Positions 10,691 through 22,400 of a stretch of 64,000 bases of DNA are shown piece by piece. The stretch comes from Vicugna vicugna. Lineage: Eukaryota. Location of the stretch: NCBI GenBank assembly GCA_013265495.1, contig MU058836.1:434001-498000 (forward strand), in the 5' to 3' direction. A program made the translations under genes and the position numbers. A model generated the notes under the pieces. It had not been told where the DNA came from, made no database searches, and saw only the letters and a list, made by a program, of their open reading frames with translations. How positions within the stretch are numbered: position 1 is the stretch's first letter; each line of letters begins with the position of its first letter.

Positions 10691-12359
10691 CAAAAACCTT
10701 CATCCTTGTCCCTAACAAGGTGCTGCCTCCCTCTCTCTTCTGTTCTTCTCTACTCTGCATACGATGGAAGATGCCCACAGGGAGCTAATCAGAACTCAGC
10801 CAAGAGAGGAAAGAGGCCTGAGTAGGAGAGGCAGGGGGCAGGGGCCTGGGGGCCTCCTCCCATGATACCCTTAGGCGTCTCAGAAGCCTGAGTTCACAGT
10901 AGCCTGTAGCCCCCTCAGAGGTGTTGACCACCTTGGAGGGACTTACATAAAACACAAAGGGAGACTGGGAAATTAAAAGCCTCAGCATACCTAACTGTAC
11001 TATCAGAGATTCTTTCTTCTAGAGATCCAATCTTCTCCCTGAGTTGGCTCAGCCAAGGTGTTTAGAATTCTAGTTGAATCCTAGTTTTAACTTTTTCAAT
11101 CAACTAGAAATCTTCTGTCTCATTTATCAGCTTCCCTTGTGTGGTTATAAAAACTGGCCAGAACTTGAGTCCTTCGCTTTTGTCATTGCATCAGACTAAC
11201 TTTTCTCTATCTGATAGGATTTTAGTATCTCCTAGAAAATGTTACTAAAAGCCATGAGTAAGAGGCTTTAGGGTTCAGACCACTCTTATTCTGACTTGTG
11301 TATGTTGCAAATTATTCAGCTGGGACACCATCCTGGTGAGCTTTTCCTACCAGTCTCAGCCTTGTCAAAAGCACTTTACCCCAGTGGGTGTTGGGTAAGT
11401 GATTTGACTTCAAAAAAGTGCCACAGGCTGCATTGCTGACGCCAGGTCATTGGGCTGAAGTGTATGTTCTGGGAGCTGACCGAGCAGACCAGCCGTCTGG
11501 GCTCACTGGTTGGCAAGAAGGAAGCATCCAGAGAGAGTGGGAGCAACATTAGCCAGTTCTCTGCACACCTTGGAATGTTGGTTTCCATGACACACAAGTG
11601 GTTTGGCTTGGAGAAAGACAGATCATTTTCCAGAAGACTCTTGACTCATCTTGTCTGTTCTAGATGGATTATTTTATTTTATTTTAGAGGGTGAAAAGTA
11701 GTGTGGAGTAGCCAAATAATTTGGATTTGAATTCTCTCTCAGGTTATGCAACTTACAATCACCCACCAAGGTTCACAGAGTCAGGCTTGCACTGAAAAAT
11801 TGAGAAATGGAACAAGGAGGGCAGAAGTATTGTATACAATATGACATACGTGTTTATTATTTTAGTATATACCATTGTTCACATCCAGCTTTATCCTGTA
11901 ACTCTTAGGTAATTGTTTGGGGTAGAGGGGGAATTGACTGATGCTCTTGTTTGGGTCCTCTGACTTCTTGAACTATTCTGCCCTGGGCTGTGGCATGTTG
12001 CATCATGCAAGGTTTTCTGTAGTTCTCTTTGAAGGTTTCTTAGAAATGCATGCTCTAGGGGTCATCAGTGGTAAAAAGGAGGCTTGATGCAGAACTTGGG
12101 ATGCTGGGCTCATTTCACATGAAATCACTTAGTAATTTTCAGGTTGGCGGGAAGTAACCATCTCAGCAGGGTAGAAGCAAGGCTAGAGGTTTACCTGCTC
12201 ATTCTTGCTTTGCTTTGGTGAGTATTCATCTGTAGAGTGTCAGCGTGGACCTCAGCTTACATTCACTGGTCTACGGAAGTTTCATTACTAACGATCTCTC
12301 TCCTCCTCTCATTCCTCTACTTCCTTCCCTTTCCTCTCCTCTGGTTTTTAAATTTCACC

Positions 12360-12930
12360 TTAAAAATACATTTTAAAAATACATGTTCATTAGGGAAAGT
12401 TTGAAAATGGAAGAAGAAATACAGGCAGCTATCCATAATCTTATTATCTTATACCACTGTTGTTAATATTTGATAATATTTCCTTTAACCATTTCCTCTA
12501 TAATTACTTTTCAGAGTTATAATTATAATTTAATCTAAAATGTATTATGATTTTCTATTTATTTTTCTGAGTATAAGTGTTTTATTTTTCTGTTATTACA
12601 GACTGTTGAAGAATTTATTTTAGCAAATGATAATTCATCAAGAAGATATGCCCACATTTACTTACTCATTTCCCTGTGGGGGGAAATTTAGGTTGTTTCA
12701 TACCTTTTTGAAGCATGAATAATGTATATTTCTAAATAGAGACTTCTAAGTATTAATGGATATTTCCTTAATGTACACTCTCAGAAGTGGAATTATTGAG
12801 TCGCAGGCATGAGCTTTCTAAGCTTATTATTACAAAAAGAAAAACTGCTTTCTGAGTTGATCATACCAGTGTGTGTCAGTCCAACGATATATGCATGCCC
12901 AGTTCACACCTTTGTTTCTTAAACTGCAAT
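12360..12930 (-). mobile_element. old L1 (L1ME-like) 3' fragment
   Basis: atttaggttgtttc and agaagtggaattattgagtc motifs typical of antisense L1M 3' ends. Confidence 0.65.
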
Positions 12931-13366
12931 TCATCTAAGAGCTGACTTAGAGCGAAAGTAATTCATGCTCTTGTTTAATTTGATCATAGTGATCTGTGCT
13001 GTATTTCCGTGGCATAAAAAGAATGAAAAGAAAAATACTTATTTTTACGTCCTTTTTATTAATGAAAAATGTTGGAGGTACACACAGACACAGACACCCA
13101 CGTTTATATATATACACCTCTCTCTGTTCAGGAAGTGACTTATTTTTGCCCATCTCTACCCTATTGATCAGATGGGGAAATGGAGTTTTATGCCTAGGTT
13201 TGTGAACTGCTCCAGGAAAACCCCACATACATAATGTGTGGAATCGAGGTGGCATGGAGTCAGCAAAGAAGTAAAACATCAGAATAGTACAACAGTTGCA
13301 CTGAGTGCCTTCATGCTCGGAAAGCCACTGATGGACTCTTGGAATAAGAAAGAAGCGTATTCTTCT

Positions 13367-13485
13367 GGAGGGGGGGTTTAGCTCAGTGGTAGAGTGCATG
13401 CTCAGCATGCATGAGGTCCTGGGTTCGATCCCCAGTACCTCCATTAAATAAACAAACAAACCTAATTACCTCCCCCTCAAAAAAT
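13367..13485 (+). mobile_element. Vic-1-like tRNA-Ala SINE with 16-bp target-site duplication
   Basis: A box (tagctcagtgg), B box (ggttcgatccc), cctaattacc tail; TSD aaagaagc[g/a]tattctt at 13349-13364 and 13486-13501. Confidence 0.92.
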
Positions 13486-13914
13486 AAAGAAGCATATTCT
13501 TTTCTGTGGATGATACGAAGGCTACCTGAAATGAGAACTGTCATGGTCATTTCTAGTATAGGGAGGGAGAGAGATGGGAAACCTTTTTGAGGGCGCTCCA
13601 TAGGCATTTGGCTCACTTCTTGCTGGGGAATCAACCGTAGGCTTGTCCCTGTCATAGAGCACGAGATAAAGGGGGTCCAGGTCCCTGGGGTACCGAGCTC
13701 GCAAAGGGTACTGATCCCAGAGGAGCCTGTGGTTGGGGGCAGTGGGCGGGGCTTGGTCTGGGAGGATGCTCAGACCGTGAAGTTGGAGATGGCGCTCTCT
13801 CCCAGTAAACTAACCGTGTTATTTTGTGTCCCCCCCCCCCCCCGCCCTGACTACCCTCCCCTTGTGCCCTCTCCCCTCTTCCTCCCCCTCTCCCCCACCA
13901 CCGCCTTCCTCCAG

Positions 13915-14106
13915 GTGAGCATGCTTACAAGTGTTCTTGGTGCTCCTTTTCCACCATGACAATCAGCCAGCTGAAGGAACACTCCCTCAAGGTCCACGGA
14001 AAAGCCCTGACCCTCCCCAGGCCACGAATCGTCAGTCTCCTCTCCTCGCACGCCCACCACACCTCCCAAAAAGCGACCCCGGCTGAAGAGGTGGAAGACT
14101 CCAATG
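13915..14106 (+). CDS. ZNF462: ZNF462 exon 7 (192 nt, GEHAYKCSWC...EEVEDSN), symmetric phase 1-1
   Basis: C-rich tract then ccag|GTGAGC; donor ATG|GTAAAA; encodes YKCSWC...HSLKVH. Confidence 0.95.
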
Positions 14107-14465
14107 GTAAAAACGGGCCTTCTGCCAGGATCAACCCCTTGGGGTGGAGGGGGGCTGGGGTGAGCACCAGTCCTCCTTTCTAGAGGAAAATCTTACCCGA
14201 AAACGTGATGGTTTGAGTGAAGGAAGAAAGGTGAAAAGGTTGAATGGTGCAGATATTGGAGTTGGAGGGGGCGATGAACTCGGTGAGTGGCTGGCGCTGT
14301 GGCCAAGGTGTCTCTGTGCTCCCTGTGCTGCTTGTGGGGAGAGTGCGTGGCGTGGGATGGATTTGTGTTGAATTCTTCCGCTGTGGTTCCCTTCAAGAAA
14401 GCAGACAGAAGACCAGGAAGATTTTTCTTTCTATTGTTTTTCAATCATTTTAATTGTTCGGGGAT

Positions 14466-14591
14466 TTTTTGTTTTATTTAGGGTGGAGGATAATTAGGTT
14501 TATTTATTTACTTTATGGTGGTACTGGGGATTGAACCCAGGACCTCATGCATGCTAAGTGTGCGCTCTGCCACTGAGCTATACCCACCCCC
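14466..14591 (-). mobile_element. Vic-1-like tRNA-Ala SINE
   Basis: Reverse complement of the same head and tail as 13367-13485. Confidence 0.9.
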
Positions 14592-15249
14592 GGATTTGTT
14601 TTTTATTTATTGTTTGATATCCTGTCTTGTTCTAAAAAACGTGCTTTGAAGTATTTGGGGTGCAAGATGGGTAAGTTGATGACACAGAATTCAGAGTAGG
14701 AATGGAGAGGGTTGAGTGGGTGGGGAAGTGTGTCTGATCCCATCACAAGTTAATTTAGGGGTAACCAGTGATTCCTTATATAGCTGAAGGGTGTTGAGGA
14801 AGCTTGGAAGGAGGGTGTAACCGCCCACTTTTTGGAGCTTCAGACCAAATCCAGGAAGTCATGGAGTGGGGTCTCCTCACTGGCGATGTAAGCACAGACA
14901 TAGGAGAGAGAGAATGAATGTGAGAGGTGGCTGGTGTGGCCTAGGGAGCAAAGGATGGTTTACTGTTTTGATCAGACCAAGAAACAGAAGGGTTTCCATT
15001 AATCAGCTCGCCTCCGATGACTGCAGAATCACATGCTTCAGGGAGAGGGAGGGGATCTGTAGATTCCTAACCACTGGAAAAGATCTGCTGTCTTCCTGAC
15101 CCTCTCCTGCTTGAATCCTTCCTGCAGCATCTCTAGTAGCCAATTATCTACCACCAGCCTGACTATTTCCCAGGTCAGGGAATGGGCCATTTTCTAAGGT
15201 CTCCTGTTCCCTTCTTGGGAGGAGCTTCGTGGGCCAGAAGGAAAGTTCA

Positions 15250-15445
15250 TGGGCTCTTTGGAACAAAGCCTTGGCTTGGACTCCTACGTCTCTCAGTGCC
15301 CGTTGTGTTTCCCTGGGCAGTCTGAGCTTCCTGCACTCATGTGTAAAAGTGGGTAATGACACCTGCCCCAGCCGACGGCCTTGGGAGGTTAATGAGAACA
15401 GGTAACACGTGCAAACACCCGGCACATAGGAGGTATTTAATGAAT
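15250..15445 (+). mobile_element. MIR SINE (degraded)
   Basis: ctcatgtgtaaaagtggg...ggttaatgaga...ccggcacataggagg. Confidence 0.65.
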
Positions 15446-18400
15446 GGGCTTTTTATTCCTGCGATTTACATCTTTCGGTTGCAGTTTTGGCTTTGGGGAC
15501 CATTTATAACAAGTACAAGCTGGGGGTTCTTCTTCATGTAAGGATTTAAAAAGATAGACCCTTCAGGTGACCTGAAGTTCTGGCAGCCCAGCGGGTCAAC
15601 ATGGTCTAGTCATGTGACTGTCAAAAGAGTAAGTGAGGAATCTTCAGTCAGAAGGTCTGTGTGAAGACAGCTGTCGGGGGGGAGCAAAGGAAAGGTAAGT
15701 CCTGGGATGCAAAGCTGCCTTTGTTGAGCTGGAGAACTTGGCGGTCTTTCCTTTGTAAATCAGCGAAAATTAGGTGAAACACAGTAACTCCTCGGTGTTC
15801 CTGTGTGCACGGGCTTCGCTTTCACGAAGGAGGCTGGTTAGTACGTGACTGTGGCTCGTGATGAAGGGAGCGCACCAAGTCCTCGCTGTCGTGTGGCAGG
15901 GTTTGTTATTGTTGTCTTCCAGGAAATCTTAAGCGTCCCGGAGCCCAGGGTGGGGGCGGGGTGGGGGGAAGCACCCATGAAAGGCTATGGAAGATGTCTC
16001 CTTTGCGCCTTGAGAAGGGAATCCCACAGACCCCCTCCCTCCCCAGCAGAGGCTACAGAGGAGTAGAGTTTGGTCAACTTCCCGAGTCTGCTCCCCGCCG
16101 AGAGCTGCATTGTGCTCAGGGGAACCCGAAGTAAATACTGGGCCGTTCTGGCCATCCTGCCGCTTAAAATCGAGTGTTTAGAAGATGTTATCAGCATGGT
16201 ATTGCATTAACCCCAACCCTATGCCTGAAGCCTGACCTTTTTGGGGGTGATTTCAGATTTTAGGTTAGGACTTTGTGGGGAAGGGTGGTCGCAGAGATGA
16301 ACGTGATGATTCGAAGTTGAGTAGCGCTCCCCTGCAGAACGCAGATAGTCTTTATCCAGCCCAGGAAGGTAATTTGCAACACAGGAAAGTGTTTTTCGTT
16401 CTCCTTCTAAAGAAAGGACATAGTGACATAGTTGGGAAGACCTGGGTGGCAACTCTTTTTAGTGAGACCTGCACAAAACTCATGGCACCTGTGCTGTTTT
16501 TAATGAATACAAATAACCTAGATCAATGGGTCAGCGGTGATTTGTTTAATTTGGGTGGGGTAAAACCCAAGGGTTTCATGTGGGGTAAACGGAAGAGTGG
16601 GCTCTTCTCCTGAATGAATAATTCTGCGGAAAGGAAAGTTAATAGTTGATTCATTCGATAGATATTGTCTTGAGTCCTTCTGATGCAGGTGTTGCGTAGA
16701 GTTGGATGCCTGAGAATGACGGAAGAGGTTGAGAGTGGAAAGGCAGTTTGCTAGGGAGCTGAATGGTGGATTCCTAGAAATGGCTACATCTGGGGGATGA
16801 GAAAACAGCTGTGGGGCTAGACAGTAGCCTGTAAATCACGCCTTGAATGGGGTTTGAAACACGCATGTGAAATCCAGTTGCACATTTTAACAGGGAGAAG
16901 CCGTGGGGCGACTGGCTCTCAGGGAAGGTTTCCCACACTGCGGATGCCAGGAAGCTCTGAACACAAGAACCAAAAATGTGTTGCAGGCAGGCCTGGGGGG
17001 GAGTAGAGATCCACAACACCAGGGAAATCACCAGCGTGTCCTTGGCTTCCCCGCCCCCTCGGGAGGGATGTGAGTCAGACGACTTGCCGTGCTCACTGCT
17101 CTTTGCAGTGGTCAGATGCTTGCAGTCCGGAGAGCAAGCCAGTCTTCTCTGGCAGAAGGAAACGGGCTGAACACGAGGGTGCTTCCCAAGCCGGAGGGAA
17201 GCTACAAGGGAAGGAAGCCGGAAAGGTGGACACGAGAAGGTGGAGGGGCGACTTGACCCCCGCTGCCTGGCCGCACACCTGTTCTGCACATAAACGGAGC
17301 TCCCGGGCTCTGGGCTCTCTGCCTCAAGGTTCCCCCAGCACGTGAATCCCATATATCTTCGTCATGACCGGTGGTTGGAAAGAAGAGCAGGACTGATTCT
17401 GTGTATATGATAATGGGAAATGACGTGTAATGGCTTTTCTAAACAGTGCATTAAGAGGAAATCATAAGGTTGTCAACAAAAGGGAGTTCTCTGCTCTGTT
17501 TGTGTTTACTGGATTCCTTCTGGCACATAAAATAGAGGACTGGGTTTTAGCAGGCTTTTTCTGAATCTCTGCTTTCAGTCCAGAAGGACACACATAAACA
17601 CACACAACAGTGTGGTTTAATTATGAGATGTGTTTAGGTCTGAGAAGCTGACTACACGGCGTGGCCAGTGGGTATGTCATTTAAAATTCAGCTACATCCT
17701 TCGTAAGTGGTCAAGCCAATGGTGACATTCCGTATTTTTCCTCCCTTGAATTTCCCCTGAAGAATCAGTGGTTTTAATTTCTTCTCTCTATCTAGTTATG
17801 CTGGACAGAATTGCCTGCTTTAGGAAATAGCTACTATGGTGCGCTTAAAACAAAAATCAGACACTCAGGCCAGGTGCAAAATAAATAAGGTGGATGAGAA
17901 TAAGACAGATTTTTAGTCTATGCACTAATGACAACCTAGGGAAAACACCAAAACCCTTGGTCATGAAATCCTTCCCTTTGTGAGATAGTTCTCAATATAG
18001 TCTATCCAACAGAGACATCTTTGCTAGTATGACTTGGTAGAAAAATGTTGTAAGGAGCTTCATGATTTTTTTTTTTCAGTAAAGGATTTTCTGTTACAAC
18101 TTTTCAGTTGGCTTTTCTGTTCTAAACTCTAGAATAATGTTTGATAAGCTCTGTTTTTATCAAGACATCTCTCATCAAAGAACCACAGGCACTTCATATT
18201 GTATCAAAATCCAAGTCCCCTGCATTGCATTCGGAGTTTACCACTCAGTCACACTTCTCCATCCAGCACGTCCTCGCTAACAAATGCTTAGGTTTCCAAA
18301 CATCTCTGTACTTGCTGCCCCCGGTGTCTAACTTCTTCATTTCCACGCCCATGCGTTTGAAAAAACTGCGCGGAGCTTGGAAGGATTTCCTCCTTGTCTG

Positions 18401-19235
18401 CTTCTGACTGTGAGTCTCTGACTTTAACTTCTAAAGACTGACACTTGCTGGCCCCAGCCCTCCTGGTTCCTGATGATCTTCTTGGTGCTCATTTGTACTG
18501 GTGGATGTGCTCTTGGTTCTGTCCCCTAATTTTCCAATGGGAGGAGTTAGGTAGATAACGTATTAAATACCGGCTTCTTTAACTGACCCACGATTTCCTG
18601 GAGGCACCATGATTTTCAACTCAGTTAATTGTCCTGAGTCTACTGACATGTCTGAGTAACTCCACGGAACCAGATTGTATGAGGGTGAAGTTTATTTCAT
18701 TTCCACTCAAGAGGCAAGTTCAAAAAAGACAAACAATGCAAAGATGAAACCTGGGGGATTGCTCTGACAGGAACTTTCTGACATATCGCTTTGCCTAGAG
18801 GAACCGATCTTCCTTGACAAAGAGTATTCTCAGCTTTGTCATTGTTCCCTGTATAACGAGACCTTCCATAGAAGTGGGCACTGAAGGCTGAGATGGGATG
18901 TAAGCCTTTCCAGTCCTCAGGAGGAGACAGGAAGTGTGGTGGCGCTGGGGGAGATGGACATTACTGGTGTGGTCACGTGGTGTCAGAGCCCCTCCTTGGG
19001 CCAGGCACACATAATCGTTGACTCTGGGATGGGCTGGCTTGTCCTCTGTGTCAAAGGAGGTACAGTGTTTGGCTGCAGTTAAATCCAATTCAGAGACGTT
19101 ACAGAGTGAAACTGACCAGCAAAATGTGTAGATTAGGAAAACAACTTTTTATTCTCCCTGAAAATTTTGCATACTTTTAACATAATACATAGGTTAGAAG
19201 AGATTTGGACTGGATAATTCCTATCAACCATAAAT

Positions 19236-19455
19236 CAAAGATTGGCAAACTTATCGCCAAGGGCCAGATAGAAAATCTTTTCAGCTTTGTGGGCCATCGA
19301 GTCTCTGTTATATCCACTCAGCAGGGCCATTGCCATGTGAAAGCGGCCATAAAGAGTGTGTAAACAAATGGACATGGCTGTGTTCCAATAAAACTTTATG
19401 TACAAGAGCAGGGGAGGCTGGATTTGGCCCACGGGCAGTGTGTCACTGACCCCAG
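19236..19455 (-). mobile_element. MER58A-like hAT-Charlie non-autonomous DNA transposon
   Basis: ggctgtgttccaataaaacttt core, degenerate terminal repeats, 8-bp flanks ccataaat / ccatggat consistent with a hAT TSD. Confidence 0.88.
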
Positions 19456-22400
19456 CCATGGATGACTAGCGGAAAAATTTACAGCAATGCTCATGAAATT
19501 AATCCCGTCTTTAATAAATGTCATTATAGACCTTTATATTTAACATACAGACTTTTCCTAGATGTCACTTAAAATACAACCTGACCTAAATATATTCTTT
19601 GTTTCACATATGAAATGCGAGGTATTAAAATAGAGCTTTAAAAATATTAGCATGTGAATTACATTTAAGCCTAAAAGAAAATCTTCTCTAAGAGTTGCGT
19701 TGAGTCTGGTGCCAGACCATCAGCTCATTTAACCTTGACTGTAGCAGTACTTGACACTTAAAAAATTAAGATCTGAGACGCCTGCTTTTCGAAGAGGAGC
19801 TTTTCAGATTTCTAAATAGGTCAGACATAAAATTCAACCTTTAAGAGGATCCAATTAGTTGCTAGGGCATCAGACCTTTCACACGGGTTCCAATTGTAAT
19901 CAGATTTCTCTTGGGGTGTAAGAAAGGAGAGGTGGTTTCTTTAAAAATGACAATAATGAAATGGAGACTCTCGAGTGAATAATTGCAAAGTACAAAGATT
20001 TACATCGTTTATAGCACATGGGTTACAAGGCATAATTTTAATGGCTTGACCATAATTTTTAATAGGTTCTGCTGGTCTCAAAATTATCTGGCCGGAGAAT
20101 AGTAACCTTCCCTTTGAGACATCAGAATTTCTACATTAAAATGTGATTTTGAGTTTATTTTAATGCTTAGTGTGAAGAATGGTATTTCTACTATAAAGAC
20201 TGAGTAAGTCTGTAACTTCAGTGGTGCAAAGCAGTGCAGATGATTTCTGCATCCTGTGTTCTGCATCCGGAAGTCTTCTGCAGTTAAATGATTAAACCTT
20301 GCCCTCATCGGCAAATAGGAAGCCTCCACAATTATCACCACCCTGAAGTCGAATATCATGTGATCGACCCTTCCCAGGAAACCCACCTGCCTGAGATTTC
20401 TGTGACTTTTTGAATTAGCCACAGTTTCATGTGCCAAAGATTGGAAAACATTTCAAGTGTAAGCTTTCCATGTCCTGGGAACTCAGTCAACTCGCCCATC
20501 TCCCTCTTCCTATGCCAAGAAAAACATTTGTTCGTCAGAAATACAAGCATATACTACCAAAGCCATTCAGAGCTAGTTCTGAGCAGCTCCAGAATTCGCT
20601 TCATAATTTCCACAGCTGACTTTTCCATTGCTTGGTTGGAGATTACCTTACGTTCTTCAGAACCTCAGTTGTGGGAAGTGTCTAAAAGGAAGAAGAAATT
20701 GACTTTATTCTTTGGCAAAGATATATTCAGTTATTAGTCTGATCATGTAAAATTACTAATCTTCGTTCTATTTTGAAAGAAAGAATTTTCCTTTGTCTTA
20801 ATGATAAGGTAATGCCTACCTCAGGTTTTCAGTTTTTTTTTCCTTCTGGAACTGGAGCTAGACATTTTCACCCGATTATACTGGATATAAAATCCCTGAA
20901 CACTCTTGAGACTTCTTATGATTCCTGAGTTCTCGCCTCTCCTTCACATACTGTTCTGCGCTAGAGGATTTTACACAAGCAGAAGGAAGGGGATTGGGTT
21001 TGGATGGACTAGTATATGTGAGCCATGACTCAGAGGTAGAAATCCTGGGACAGCTTTGCTGGAGCAGAGGGTATGCACTGGGCAAGATGGGCATGTGAAA
21101 AAGAATTTTTTTTTAAGTGTCAGGATGAGAAGAAGATGCCAGAAATAACCTCCTTGAAACAACTATTGTTTCTTTTTAAAAATAGAGTCGATGAGTTTTG
21201 AGGCTGTGGCCCAGGAAGGCACGTCTGAATGATGTACACATTTTCTTAACTCATTCAGAAATAAATGACATCCTATAGAAACATCCCAGTGGTGGTGCTT
21301 AAACAAAAATGGCACAATATAGAACGGCCGCAGGGACGTGAGAGCTTCAGTAAGGAGGATCTGCGTGTTTTTTTCACTGACAAGGTCCAGTTTATGCCCA
21401 GGAGGGGCTGTGTTCTCGCCATAGGGCTCTTCCGCTTTGTAAGCAGTTTCAGAAGCATCGAGCTCTCCCAAAAGGGTGGCTGAGAGCACAGGGCTCAGCC
21501 GAGGTTACATTTGGCTGCGCACTTCTTTTGGAGCAGTCGTTCCAGGGCTGGGTTCTTCAGCTTCCTCGGGGACACAGAATATACTTACATGCCTCATGCA
21601 AACCACCCTCCTTATGTCCTTGTGTGTTCCTTTGCTCTGAGCCCTTCACCAAAGTCACGGGGACGGTCACGTCGGGCCACACAGGACCTTTGAAGCCTTC
21701 GCTGTAGTCCTTGAGTTTTACACTGCTAGTTCTATTTTTCCTCCTGACCAGTTTTAATGTCATCCATTCTGGTTTGTCTGCACGTCTCTTTGTTTAATTC
21801 CGAAGTGATAAAATGAATCATAATTTTTAATTCTGCTAACTGCCTTAAATTTGCCATCTAATTTAATACGTCTAATGAATCAGAGGTACAAATTATTAGT
21901 CTCATTTTATAGAGAAGGAAACAGAGACCCTGAGGGGGAAAATGATGAGTCTAAAAGTCAGGAAATGCCCAAGTGGTGGACCTTGTCTGAACCCAGAGCC
22001 CCTGCCCTTTCACCTCTGCGCCGTCTCATCAGATTCGCGGCAGAAACACACATCTGTAAATGAACCACAGTGGTGAAGACACAACCTCCTCTTAACATGT
22101 TTGGGGGTCCTAGAATCCTCCAAAGGAAACTAAAACCAAATTTTGCTATTAATATCTAGAGCTTAAGTTAACAGATACAGTGTTCAGTTAAAAGAGCAGA
22201 ATCTAATGAATGTGAGATGTTGCATTTGGATTTTAACGGCTGTAGCCATGGAGAAGAGAAGGAACTGATGAGTCCTGGGGGGCTTCTTGGAAGAGGTGGG
22301 GCTCAAGCTGGGCCTTGAAGGGTGAGGAGGGTTTTTACAGGCAGATAGAATCCATCCCAGGTGGGAGGAGATTCAGAAGTGAACAAACATACAGAAGAAG

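Noticed and set aside
13372..13443. Apparent tRNA-Ala(AGC) gene (similarly at ~29765-29835)
   Set aside because: Followed by the SINE tail (cctaattacc, C-run, A-run), flanked by a TSD and carrying stem or loop mismatches; six related copies occur in the window. These are SINE heads, not tRNA genes.
13688..13701. GGGTACCGAGCTCG resembles the pUC polylinker (KpnI-SacI)
   Set aside because: Only 14 bp match and the flanks are not vector sequence; most likely chance.
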